A DNA stretch of 46,129 nt from an uncultured Lentimicrobiaceae bacterium (GCA_964612515.1 CAZTCX010000006.1:1-46129), one strand, 5' to 3'; shown: positions 31,917 through 40,399, counted from the first letter of the stretch. Notes: generated from the sequence alone by a model not told the origin. Numbers and translations: made by a program.

Positions 31917-32288
31917 TTACTTTTCACCTTTATCTTTACTGCAGGATGCTTTGCTTTCTTCGCAGCTATTAGTGGCGCTTTTGTCGGGGCAACTTGCCTT
32001 ACTTTCGTCGCAGCACTTGGTAGCGCTTTTCTCCGGGCATTTTTCCTTGCAACTGGTATCTTTACAATTTTCTTTTACACTCTGGGCATTCTTTGCGTTC
32101 TTGTCTTTTTTCTTGTCGTCTTTTTTCTTGTCATCGTTGAAGGTAAACGGTGAGGCAGAATGATTATTGTTATCTGCCTGAACGATTAAGTCAGTAACGT
32201 TGGCAGTAGCCTGATTTACTTTGGATAAAGTAACAACACCGGCTGAGATGAACAAGGCAAGAGCGATTATCAATAGTACTTTCTTCAT
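31917..32288 (-). CDS. Small secreted Cys/Lys/Asp-rich protein with two 16-aa tandem repeats (function unknown)
   Basis: 123 aa. It has the signal/anchor MKKVLLIIALALFISAGVV, a charged tract DDKKKDDKKKDKNAKN, and 8 Cys in the last 50 aa. The terminator lies downstream on this strand. The opposite-strand ORF (31758-32153) looks like a poly-Phe/Leu shadow of Lys/Glu codons. Confidence 0.6.
   Translation of the reverse strand: MKKVLLIIALALFISAGVVTLSKVNQATANVTDLIVQADNNNHSASPFTFNDDKKKDDKKKDKNAKNAQSVKENCKDTSCKEKCPEKSATKCCDESKASCPDKSATNSCEESKASCSKDKGEK
31941..32036 (-). repeat. Two tandem 48-nt / 16-aa repeats inside the small Cys-rich gene
   Basis: PEKSATKCCDESKASC (aa 85-100) and PDKSATNSCEESKASC (aa 101-116). 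Confidence 0.8.
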
Positions 32289-32367
32289 GTTGTTTGCGTT
32301 TTTATTTATTAAAGATTTTGACTGAAATAATTATGCTGCAAACATACAGTCGCAATGAGCGCCCAGT

Positions 32368-32405
32368 TGTTAACAGGTTGTTAAATCCTGTTAAGGTTTT
32401 GTTAA
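32368..32405 (+). promoter_or_regulatory. Four helically phased TGTTAA direct repeats, candidate OmpR/PhoB-type response-regulator binding site
   Basis: TGTTAA occurs at 32368, 32379, 32389 and 32400, a spacing of 11/10/11 bp. The repeats sit in the 155-bp divergent intergenic region, immediately upstream of the candidate -33 element of the kinase operon. Confidence 0.5.
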
Positions 32406-32407
32406 TG

Positions 32408-32439
32408 TTTGAAAATTGAGCCGCAGAGCAGTAGTTTTG
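32408..32439 (+). promoter_or_regulatory. Candidate promoter TTTG-N20-TAGTTTTG for the histidine kinase / response regulator operon
   Basis: TTTG is at 32408-32411 and TAGTTTTG at 32432-32439, with optimal 20-nt spacing. The -7 box ends 4 nt before ATG 32444, implying a leaderless or very short-leader mRNA. Confidence 0.45.
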
Positions 32440-32443
32440 AACC

Positions 32444-33742
32444 ATGCAAAAAAGACTTTCCTACGTCATCATCATCATTACCGCCATTGCCCTTACTGGG
32501 ATCATCATCACGCAGATCTTTTGGGTTGCCAATGCACTGAAAACCAAAGATAATCAGTTGCAGGAAAATGTAGGGCTGGGAATGAAACGGGTGGTAAATC
32601 AGCTCATGTCGTTGCAAAATGATACGGCGCTGGCTTCGCGCTATATGAGTTCACGCACATCCAGCAGTTTCCACTCTCAGTTCATCCGGTCGCTTGATCC
32701 AGACCTCATCACGCAGCTTATTACCAACGAATTTCAAAGTCTGGAAATACTTCGTACGTATGATTACGGCATCTACGAAGAAGAAGACCATAGCTTTATT
32801 ATCATCAGCAATGAGGAGCTGAAAGAACAGCTCATCAATTCGTCCCATCAGGAGCCTATTTCCTGTATTTTTCAAACCGAGCATTTCTACCTTGCAGTCT
32901 ATTTTCCGCACGAGCAGCTTAATATTTTTAATGAGATGCTACTTTACATCCTGCTTTCGGTACTCTTCATGTTTATTGTTATCGGCGGCTTCTGGTATGT
33001 AACGCGGTCACTACTGCTTCATAAAAGACTTGCAGAAATCAGGACTGATTACGTAAACAATATGACGCACGAACTGAAGACACCCATTGCTACTATCTCC
33101 ATCGCCAGTGAAATGCTACTCAAGCCGGAAGTACAAGCCAGAACTGAAAAGATTGACCATTATGCTAAAATCATTTATAACGAAAACCAACGATTGAGAA
33201 ATCAGGCAGACCAGGTGCTTCAGGTGGCTGTCCTGGAACGTGGCGAATTCAAAATCAATCTTGAAGAAGTAGATGTACACCACGTGATAGAGCAGCTTGC
33301 CGACAGTATGCGTGTTACCATTAAAAGTAGAAACGGCGTGATCAAAACCCGCCTCAATGCTGCCGACCACACCATACAGGCCGATAAAAACCACTTCACC
33401 AATGTGTTGAGTAATCTGATCGAAAACGCCAATAAATATTCACCAGATGCCCCTCATATTGTCATTTCGACACACAGCACCCGCAAAGGAATTTTCATAT
33501 CGTGCGAAGACAAAGGCATTGGCATCGCCGAAACATATTATAAATACATCTTCAAAAAATTTCATCGGATTTCTACAGGTGATGTGCACGATGTCAAAGG
33601 CTTTGGTATTGGATTGTTTTACGTGAAAACCATTGTAGAAGCGCACGCCGGAAACATTCAGGTGAAAAGTAAACCTGGAGAGGGAAGTAATTTTATTGTT
33701 TTTTGGCCTTTTCATGCAACGTCAGATATCGCGCTCGAATAG
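32444..33742 (+). CDS. Sensor histidine kinase (two TM segments, periplasmic ~130-aa sensor, HisKA + HATPase_c)
   Basis: It has the H-box NMTHELKTPIATISIASEML, N-box NLIENANKYS, G1 DKGIGI and G2 GFGIGL. The TM segments are at aa ~7-28 and ~165-186. Confidence 0.9.
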   Translation: MQKRLSYVIIIITAIALTGIIITQIFWVANALKTKDNQLQENVGLGMKRVVNQLMSLQNDTALASRYMSSRTSSSFHSQFIRSLDPDLITQLITNEFQSLEILRTYDYGIYEEEDHSFIIISNEELKEQLINSSHQEPISCIFQTEHFYLAVYFPHEQLNIFNEMLLYILLSVLFMFIVIGGFWYVTRSLLLHKRLAEIRTDYVNNMTHELKTPIATISIASEMLLKPEVQARTEKIDHYAKIIYNENQRLRNQADQVLQVAVLERGEFKINLEEVDVHHVIEQLADSMRVTIKSRNGVIKTRLNAADHTIQADKNHFTNVLSNLIENANKYSPDAPHIVISTHSTRKGIFISCEDKGIGIAETYYKYIFKKFHRISTGDVHDVKGFGIGLFYVKTIVEAHAGNIQVKSKPGEGSNFIVFWPFHATSDIALE

Positions 33743-33818
33743 CAGGGATCTGCAAGGCTTCCGGATAAAAGTGTTAAAACAATGTTATATTTGCGAGGCC
33801 AAACTGATAAAGCACCCT

Positions 33819-34541
33819 ATGCTGGAAAACAAAGACATATCCATTCTTCTTGCTGAAGATGATCCCAATCTTAGCCTTGTCTTAAAAGACTACCTCGAGA
33901 TGTTGGGATATCACATTACACTTTGTAGGGACGGCTTTGAGGCTTTATCTTTATTTAAAACTACCCATTTCGACTTATGTATTTTTGATGTGATGATGCC
34001 ACGCAAAGATGGTTTTACGCTGGCACGGGAAATCCGCGACACCAACGATGCGATTCCTATCATCTTTCTTACGGCTAAGTCGCTTAAGGAAGATCGCGTG
34101 AAAGGCTTTAAAGCCGGCTGCGACGACTATATCACCAAACCATTCAGCACCGAGGAACTGAGCCTTCGCATTAGCGCAATTCTCAAACGATGTATGATAA
34201 TGAGCATTACCGGTGAAAATATTGCCGGAAGTATTTACAAAATCGGCACCAGTGAATTTGATGCTATAAACATGGTTTTGCGTGGTGAAGACTTTGAGAA
34301 AAAGCTCACGCGCAAAGAAACATCTCTTTTAAAATTGCTGGTGGAACATCGCGATCAGTTGCTCACGCGCGACAAAGCCATGAAAAAAATCTGGGGTGGC
34401 AACGATTATTTCATCGGGCGCAGCATGGATGTATTTATTGCCAAACTTCGCAGCTACCTCAAAGTGGATCCCAACATTAACATCGTAAACGTACACGGCA
34501 CGGGTTTCAGATTCCAGGTAAACCCGAAGAATGAGGAATAA
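33819..34541 (+). CDS. OmpR/PhoB-family response regulator (REC + winged helix)
   Basis: ATG 33819 gives MLENKDISILLAEDDPNLS. The phospho-acceptor context is DLCIFDVMMP, with LTAK also present. The C-terminal wHTH is LTRKETSLLKLL...GRSMDVFIAKLR...VHGTGFRF. The track's longer ORF from 33696 overlaps the kinase and is unlikely. Confidence 0.9.
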   Translation: MLENKDISILLAEDDPNLSLVLKDYLEMLGYHITLCRDGFEALSLFKTTHFDLCIFDVMMPRKDGFTLAREIRDTNDAIPIIFLTAKSLKEDRVKGFKAGCDDYITKPFSTEELSLRISAILKRCMIMSITGENIAGSIYKIGTSEFDAINMVLRGEDFEKKLTRKETSLLKLLVEHRDQLLTRDKAMKKIWGGNDYFIGRSMDVFIAKLRSYLKVDPNINIVNVHGTGFRFQVNPKNEE

Positions 34542-34553
34542 CGTCCAGGAGCG

Positions 34554-35129
34554 TTATTTAAGATTTTCGGTGGTTGTGATTTGAAGGTGTTCCATTTGCT
34601 TGCCTGCAAAAATCAATTTCCCGGCACTTTTAAAACCTAATTTCAAATAGAGCTTTTTAGCTGAAGGATTTTCTTCATCAACAAGCAAACCCAGCGTTTT
34701 ACCCTGGACGTGCACATATTCATGTATCAGAAATCGCAACAGCTCACTTCCAATCCCTGCGCCCCGAAGCTTAGGTTGCACCGCTATCGTGTCGATGTAA
34801 TATTCACCGCTGCCGGTTTCATCTTCAACCACTATATTTTTATTAAAATTTTCACGGATGTAGTCAATCACCGGCTGGCGCAATGTTGCTAATCTGGCGC
34901 CATCGTACAAAACGATAGCAGCCACAATCTCGTTATCAATTTCTGCTACAAAGTCATTTTGCCAGGAATATTGATTATCCTCTTTTTTAATAAAATGAAT
35001 TAAAAACCTTTTTGCTTTTTCATAATCCTTTTCGCCAATGAGTTTGTAGGCAATGTCGCCCATGGCCATCAATATAAATGGGGCAATATTGTCGGCATCA
35101 TTGGGCGTTGCTTTTCGGATGATCATCAT
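34554..35129 (-). CDS. GNAT-family N-acetyltransferase
   Basis: 191 aa. The acetyl-CoA binding motif is IAVQPKLRGAGIGSELLRFL, and the C-terminus KLYLKLGFK is typical of GNAT. Confidence 0.8.
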   Translation of the reverse strand: MMIIRKATPNDADNIAPFILMAMGDIAYKLIGEKDYEKAKRFLIHFIKKEDNQYSWQNDFVAEIDNEIVAAIVLYDGARLATLRQPVIDYIRENFNKNIVVEDETGSGEYYIDTIAVQPKLRGAGIGSELLRFLIHEYVHVQGKTLGLLVDEENPSAKKLYLKLGFKSAGKLIFAGKQMEHLQITTTENLK

Positions 35130-35226
35130 AATTGCCAGCTAATTGAATTGGATAAAAATGTAAAGAATACCATTTTACTTGCGTAAAATTCCACGATGCA
35201 AGTCCCGTGGTGTAAACCATCAAGAA

Positions 35227-35592
35227 TTATTTCGAGTTTTCGGCAAAAGTCAATGTGTCAAAATAGATGCGTAACGATTGTAACTTGCCATTTTTAACCG
35301 TCCAGAGTTCGGCTACATTACCATTCATCTCTTTTCCGTTAGGAAATTTTAGATCATAATTTCCGATAACGCAAGCCTTGTCGTCCTGAATGATCATTTC
35401 TTCAACCCGCATTTTTGTAAATACCTGCGAGAAACGTTTGATGGCTTCGATGTAACCTTGCTTGCCAATAATCGGTTCCGGCCTGGTCATGGTTCCGCCT
35501 ATGTATTCAAAATCTTCGGCAATTACACTTTCCCAATTAGCTTTTTCTGCAAAACCTCTGTAGTAAAAGTCAAGGATCTCTTTAGTTGTCAT
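35227..35592 (-). CDS. NTF2/SnoaL-like fold protein
   Basis: ~121 aa from ATG 35592 (the track start 35616 is a TTG). The pattern MTTKEILDFYYRGFAEKANWESVIAEDFEY...VAELWTVKNGKLQSLRIYFD is typical of SnoaL-like small proteins. Confidence 0.55.
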   Translation of the reverse strand: MTTKEILDFYYRGFAEKANWESVIAEDFEYIGGTMTRPEPIIGKQGYIEAIKRFSQVFTKMRVEEMIIQDDKACVIGNYDLKFPNGKEMNGNVAELWTVKNGKLQSLRIYFDTLTFAENSK

Positions 35593-35628
35593 GGTTTTGA
35601 AATTTTTAATTATCAATTAATTTCATAA

Positions 35629-35976
35629 TTATTCATACATCAGTTGCTCCTTCTGCCGCATCTCCGTTAGGTGCATCTCCAGCAGCTCCTTCAGGTCCTG
35701 TTTTATCTCAGCCGGCGTAGCCAGACCGTCCACCTTTAGTTCATCGAGAACGGCATACTCAAAACTTTCCGCGCCGAGGCTGTCCCAATCTTTTTGCAAT
35801 TGCTTGTTTGAATGCATTCCGGCATTCAGTTTAAATTTATCTGAATTGAAAGCCCTGTCCAGATCGGAGCTGATCCCGAGATACATCCGGTTATCGCGCA
35901 GATTTACGATCTGAAAAATACCCTGCCGGAATTTCATGGATTTGTATTCCTGTTTTATTTCTTTTTTCGTTTTCAT
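35629..35976 (-). CDS. Small GIY-YIG-like domain protein
   Basis: 115 aa. QGIFQIVNLRDNRMYLGISSDL...R....F.L..G.H.N..LQKDW...G...F.Y resembles the short stand-alone GIY-YIG family. The assignment is by motif memory only. Confidence 0.5.
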   Translation of the reverse strand: MKTKKEIKQEYKSMKFRQGIFQIVNLRDNRMYLGISSDLDRAFNSDKFKLNAGMHSNKQLQKDWDSLGAESFEYAVLDELKVDGLATPAEIKQDLKELLEMHLTEMRQKEQLMYE

Positions 35977-36009
35977 CGAAATATTTCTTTTTTATTTTCA
36001 AAAACAGAA

Positions 36010-36579
36010 TCACACCCTCAACCAGCCACGGAAACCCCTGGCAGCATAATACGATTCGGCACCATTGTGATACATAAAGACCTTTCCGTAACGCCGGTCA
36101 CAAAACAAGGCGCCGCCAAGCGCTCTGATCTCCGCAGGCGTTTTCACCCAACTCGATGTTTTGGTATCAAAATCTCCAAGCTGCTGCAACTCCCGGTATT
36201 GTTCTTCCGATAAAAGCTCGATGCTCATGGCAGCAGCCATATCCTGTGCATTATTTTCCGGTCTGTTCGCCTTCCTCGATTCCAGCCCTTCACGATCGTA
36301 ACAAACACTCCTGCGGTCGTTTGGGCTTTCTGCCGAGCAATCGTAAAAAACATATTCGCCTGTCTTTTTATCAAAACCAACCACATCAGGCTCGCCTCCG
36401 GTTCTTTCCATTTCGTTGAGCGACCACAATTTTCGCGGGTTATCCTCCAGCTTTGCCTGTACTTTTGCCCATTCCAGACCATCATGGCGCTTCATGTTTT
36501 GCTCAAAGCGCGACTTCAATGTTCGGAGCAGTTCTTCTCTTTGCTCTAGCGACAATTCGGATTTATTACTCTTTGTCAT
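36010..36579 (-). CDS. DUF4256-family protein
   Basis: LEWAKVQAKLEDNPRKLWSLNEMERTGGEPDVVG...YDCSAESP..RRSVCYDREGLESRK...TSSWVKTP..IR.LGGALFCDRRYG.VF.YHNGAESYYAARGFRG.LRV matches my recollection of DUF4256. The start is probably ATG 36579 (MTKSNK), with an alternative upstream start at 36654. Confidence 0.75.
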   Translation of the reverse strand: MTKSNKSELSLEQREELLRTLKSRFEQNMKRHDGLEWAKVQAKLEDNPRKLWSLNEMERTGGEPDVVGFDKKTGEYVFYDCSAESPNDRRSVCYDREGLESRKANRPENNAQDMAAAMSIELLSEEQYRELQQLGDFDTKTSSWVKTPAEIRALGGALFCDRRYGKVFMYHNGAESYYAARGFRGWLRV

Positions 36580-36794
36580 GACAATCTGTTGTTTCGAAAA
36601 ATTTTCAATAAACGATTCGAGCCGCGAATCAATTATTCTCACTCCATTTTTCATCTGAATGAAATCCTATTAAAACGATAATAAACCCGGGGATTCAATC
36701 TGGCTTAAATTGATAAATAACAAGGAGTTATTGATAAATTGAAATTTTGAATGGAGACAATGAAAATTAGTTTGGGCTAATAGGATGAGATCCC

Positions 36795-38357
36795 TTACTC
36801 TCCATCAGGATCGTCGTTTTCGTCATCGAACGATTCAGTAAAAGCTGGTTTGATGACAACGCCATCGTATTTGCGTTCGATGCCGTTTTGGTAGGTAATT
36901 ATTAGCAATAGGGTGCCATCGGAATTGTATTTTTTCCAGTCGCCCTGCTTCATTCCCGACACGTAGTTTATCTCATCTTTTACCTGGCCGTTGTCCCAAT
37001 AATAAATATGTTTGCCGTGGGGATTGTCGTCGATGAATTCGCCAATGAAGAGCAGATTGCCGTCGGTGTCAAAGTATTTCCAAACGCCATTTCTCCGGCC
37101 ATAGCTGTAGCTGCCTTCTTCGCGGCTGTCGCCATAAGTGTATGTCCATGGGCCTTCTTCCAAACCCTCCATGTATTCGCCCTCGGTAACGATGCTGCCA
37201 TCTTCATAATATTCGGTAAACAGGCCATCGGGCAGGCCATGCAGAAAATTCTCTTCGCGCAGCAGCGACCCCGAAGGATAATACCACGTCCAGAGACCTT
37301 CCGGCGTTCCTTTGTTATTGTATTTGCCGGTTTGTTCCAGCTTTCCGTTTGGGTGGTAATAATTCCAACTTCCCGTTTTCAGTCCGTCGGTATAGCTGCC
37401 CTCTGCGCGCTTGGAGCCATCGACATAAAACTCTTCCCAAGCACCGTTGCGCACGCCGTTGTTTAGCGTGATGCCGCGCCCGGTCATAACGCCATTATCG
37501 TAAAAAGCGCCAGCCACCAGATTTCCTTCTTTGTCGTATTCCCTACGCACGCCTTGTGGTACGCCGTTTTTGTAAGTTTGCACAAGAGCCACCTGTCCGT
37601 TTGGATAATAATTTTTTTCCACCTCCAGGCGGGCCAGCTCGGCCACGTTTTCCTGCTGCACGCCATTTACCCATTTGCTGGTTTCGAGTAGCTTGCCATT
37701 TTTATCATAGTTTTTAAAATAGCCATCTTTCTCGTCGTTGGTATAGCGGCCTTCCATGCGCACCAAACCGTTGTCGTGAAAAAACTTCCACGCTCCCTGC
37801 TTGCGTCCTTCAGAATCAGTGCGGTTGATGCGTTCGCGCGACACGATGTAGCCTTTCTTGTAGGTGGTGAGTGTGATCACCCTCCCGTCGTCGGCGTACT
37901 CTTTGGCGAGTCCTTCTTCGCGGCCGTCAACAAAAGGGATAGTTTTAGCAATGGTGCTGTCAGCATAATAATAAGTGGTGAGACCTTGCCGGATGTCATT
38001 TTCAAAATTCTCGGATACTATCTCCTGGTCGCGCCAGGTAATGCGCGGGCCGCTTTTGATGCCTGCGCTATAATTCACCAGAAGGATAATCTTGCCGGTT
38101 TCATCATAAAATTTCCATGGGCCATCCAAAACAAAATTCTTGCGGTCGCCTTCCGATTTTAAAATACCGTTCTCATGGTATGTTTTCCAATAGCCTTCGG
38201 GCTTTCCATCCACCATCGTGCCTTCGCTGGCGATGTTTCCATTTTCATAATAAAAAACCTTGTAATTTTCTGGCCGGGTGGTGTCTTGCTGCGCCACAAG
38301 CACGGTAGAGTAGGAGAGGAATAAAACTAAGAAGAATAGTATGATTTTCTTGGTCAT
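36795..38357 (-). CDS. Secreted MORN-repeat-variant protein (YwqK-family annotation class)
   Basis: About 20 repeats of the Y-x-NG-x-(x)-x-x-G-x-x-x-x-G-x-x-x-G-x-W-x-x-Y type run throughout. The signal peptide MTKKIILFFLVLFLSYSTVLVAQ begins at ATG 38357; the track start at 38489 adds an unlikely hydrophobic extension. Confidence 0.75.
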   Translation of the reverse strand: MTKKIILFFLVLFLSYSTVLVAQQDTTRPENYKVFYYENGNIASEGTMVDGKPEGYWKTYHENGILKSEGDRKNFVLDGPWKFYDETGKIILLVNYSAGIKSGPRITWRDQEIVSENFENDIRQGLTTYYYADSTIAKTIPFVDGREEGLAKEYADDGRVITLTTYKKGYIVSRERINRTDSEGRKQGAWKFFHDNGLVRMEGRYTNDEKDGYFKNYDKNGKLLETSKWVNGVQQENVAELARLEVEKNYYPNGQVALVQTYKNGVPQGVRREYDKEGNLVAGAFYDNGVMTGRGITLNNGVRNGAWEEFYVDGSKRAEGSYTDGLKTGSWNYYHPNGKLEQTGKYNNKGTPEGLWTWYYPSGSLLREENFLHGLPDGLFTEYYEDGSIVTEGEYMEGLEEGPWTYTYGDSREEGSYSYGRRNGVWKYFDTDGNLLFIGEFIDDNPHGKHIYYWDNGQVKDEINYVSGMKQGDWKKYNSDGTLLLIITYQNGIERKYDGVVIKPAFTESFDDENDDPDGE

Positions 38358-38559
38358 GATCTGAATTACAGCCTTTGTAAGACAACTTTTTAACGCCAGG
38401 CGTATTGCAATAGTATTTATAAAAAAGAGGCTAAAAGTAGTAAAAATCAGAAGGAGTAAATTGGAGGTTAGAAGATAGAAGTTGAACACAATTCAGCCGC
38501 AACCCCTTGTTGTCAGGCATCTGCCAGCGGTTGCGAAATGGTTTGATACAATGCTATTT

Positions 38560-38799
38560 CTACTTGCGCCAGATGTAGAGTTCCTGCTGCATGGCTGCTA
38601 TGTTGGCTTCGATGCCAATTTCGACTACTTCACCACGCCCGTCCCACGCCTGTCCCTGCCGGGTGTATTCAGCTTGCAGCATCGCCTCCAGGCTGTCGAT
38701 GGTGAATTTTTTGTCGGTGTTGCGCAGGTTTTTAATATATTTCAATGTGCTTTCAAAGGCTTTGCTGTAAGCCGCTTCTCTCCACTCGTCAATTTCCAT
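38560..38799 (-). CDS. Hypothetical small protein (79 aa)
   Basis: It has balanced, helix-like composition (MEIDEWREAAYSKAFESTLKYIKNLR...). The overlapping plus-strand ORF 38482-38814 has a less protein-like composition. I recognised no family. Confidence 0.45.
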   Translation of the reverse strand: MEIDEWREAAYSKAFESTLKYIKNLRNTDKKFTIDSLEAMLQAEYTRQGQAWDGRGEVVEIGIEANIAAMQQELYIWRK

Positions 38800-38863
38800 T
38801 TGTACTTTTATTAATGATGGTTTTGTTTTTAAAAAAGATCAACGAAAGTTTTAAAAATTTTAT

Positions 38864-39316
38864 TTATCGCTCTATTTTTAATTTTTTGAAAAATGACTTG
38901 TACTGCCACTTTCGTGGATAAAAAGCAAGAAATAGCAGCGGCCAGGTTAGCAGATCCGCAACCTTATTACTGGTACTAAAACGGATGTCGTCAATAATTA
39001 GGGTTTTGTGCTCATCAATTTTTACCAGGCCATGCTGATGCTTCCATGTGCGCAAGCCAAAAGGCAGCCGGATTCCTTCGTCGATAAAATGAAATGAGCT
39101 GGCGGAATGTACCGATTCGGTGATTCGGCTAATCCAGAGTGACCGCCACGGCACGTGAAACTGAATGTGCACCTCATCGCCCGGCAAAGAGCCATCGTAA
39201 CGCGCGAGTGAAGCTACAAACGATGGTGGCAAAAGTGCTTCAAACCATTCCTTGTCGAAATTTTTCTGCACCTGCTCAAAAGGCGTGGCTACAATAGACC
39301 TGATCAATAATCGCAT
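38864..39316 (-). CDS. SRPBCC-superfamily (START/polyketide-cyclase-like, COG4276-type) protein
   Basis: MRLLIRSIVATPFEQVQKNF...FHFIDEGIRLPFGLRTWKHQHGL...TLIIDDIRF fits the F.D....PF..W.H.H pattern. The start is uncertain: ATG 39316 is preferred, with alternatives at 39346 and 39367. Confidence 0.5.
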   Translation of the reverse strand: MRLLIRSIVATPFEQVQKNFDKEWFEALLPPSFVASLARYDGSLPGDEVHIQFHVPWRSLWISRITESVHSASSFHFIDEGIRLPFGLRTWKHQHGLVKIDEHKTLIIDDIRFSTSNKVADLLTWPLLFLAFYPRKWQYKSFFKKLKIER

Positions 39317-39440
39317 CTTCCATAATTTGGCAAGAAACGGCGACATCTTGGCTTTGTTCAAAAACATTTTTTAACAAAATAACGTTCTGCTCTCTGTCAT
39401 CCAAGCAGGCTTCTGTGTGTTACTTAGAAAACAAAAAAAT

Positions 39441-40235
39441 ATGCGCATCAAAACCTATCAAATTCTGAATATCGTCGGCCTGATTGCAGTGCTGATTGTA
39501 AATTACCTGGCCAATGCCCTTCCTATTGCAGGCCACAATACCGGCGAACTCTCGGACTCTTATCCCAGCCTCTTCACCCCGGCAGGCATCACTTTTTCCA
39601 TCTGGGGCGTCATTTATCTGCTGCTGATAATTTTCACCGTCTATCAGGCCAAAGGACTTTTTAAAGAAAGCAACATCCCGCAAAACCGCTACCTCTACCG
39701 CATCGACGTCTGGTTTTTCGTCACCTCCGTGCTCAACGTTTCCTGGATTTTTGCCTGGCATTATCAGGTGGTTTGGCTCTCGATGGTGCTGATGCTCTTG
39801 TTTTTGTTTTCACTCATTTTTATCTATCTCCGGCTGGGTATTGGCCACCGTGTGGTGAGCCGCAGCGAAAAGTACTTGGTGCACATGCCTTTCAGCGTTT
39901 ATCTTAGCTGGATTAGCGTGGCCACCATTGCCAATGCTTCAACGCTGCTCATTCGTTACAACTGGAACGGCTGGGGAATTAGACCGGAAATGTGGTCGGT
40001 AATAATGATTCTAATAGCCATTTTGCTTACGCTGATAGTTTTGTTTTCGCGTAAAGATTTCTTTTATGGTCTTGTTATTATTTGGGCGTTGGCCGGAATC
40101 ATATACAAGCACACCGAAATAGCCGAAACTTACTACGGTTCCATCGTCTGGACAGCAGGAATTGGGATACTCATTATTCTGGTGGTGGCTATTTTTCAGG
40201 CGGTAAAGAAATTCAACCGAAAGCTGGTGGCGTAA
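39441..40235 (+). CDS. Polytopic membrane protein, TspO/MBR-related
   Basis: About 7 hydrophobic segments and a Trp-rich sequence. The N-terminal motif is VNYLANALPIAGHNTGELSDSYPSLFTPAGITFSIWGVIYLLL. ATG 39441 is preferred over GTG 39417. Confidence 0.45.
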   Translation: MRIKTYQILNIVGLIAVLIVNYLANALPIAGHNTGELSDSYPSLFTPAGITFSIWGVIYLLLIIFTVYQAKGLFKESNIPQNRYLYRIDVWFFVTSVLNVSWIFAWHYQVVWLSMVLMLLFLFSLIFIYLRLGIGHRVVSRSEKYLVHMPFSVYLSWISVATIANASTLLIRYNWNGWGIRPEMWSVIMILIAILLTLIVLFSRKDFFYGLVIIWALAGIIYKHTEIAETYYGSIVWTAGIGILIILVVAIFQAVKKFNRKLVA

Positions 40236-40319
40236 GTATTACTCCGTATTTCCAGCTTTGCTGTCAGAGGCAGTTGTAAAGTAATCCTTAACAACTGAAA
40301 TTCCTTGTAATCCTACATT

Positions 40320-40360
40320 AAAAAAATAGCTATGAAAAAGATAGTCTTTAACATAGCTAT
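40320..40360 (-). terminator. Candidate terminator of the sdhCAB operon
   Basis: On the minus strand, ATAGCTATG-(17 nt)-CATAGCTAT is followed by TTTTTTT (plus-strand A-run 40320-40326). The stem is 9 bp and AT-rich, and the loop is long. Confidence 0.45.
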
Positions 40361-40399
40361 AATAAATTATCACCTATTAATAAAGGAGCGAGGAAGAAC

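Noticed and set aside
31758-32153. A plus-strand ORF whose internal Met gives a very hydrophobic ~90-aa peptide (MKKLSLSFSNKLLFTFIFTAGCFAFF...), opposite the small Cys-rich gene.
   Set aside because: Phe/Leu richness is the expected mirror of Lys/Glu/Ser codons. The only terminator in the region is oriented for the minus-strand gene, and the plus ORF would begin immediately after that hairpin with no promoter. Residual ambiguity is reflected in the 0.6 confidence.
34539-34556. Inverted repeat TAACG-N8-CGTTA that incorporates the stop codons of the convergent response-regulator and GNAT genes.
   Set aside because: The stem is only 5 bp with no U-tract, which is too weak to call a terminator and is likely coincidental. 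The shared TTAA of the convergent dtd/OsmC stops at 31401-31404 is trivial in the same way.
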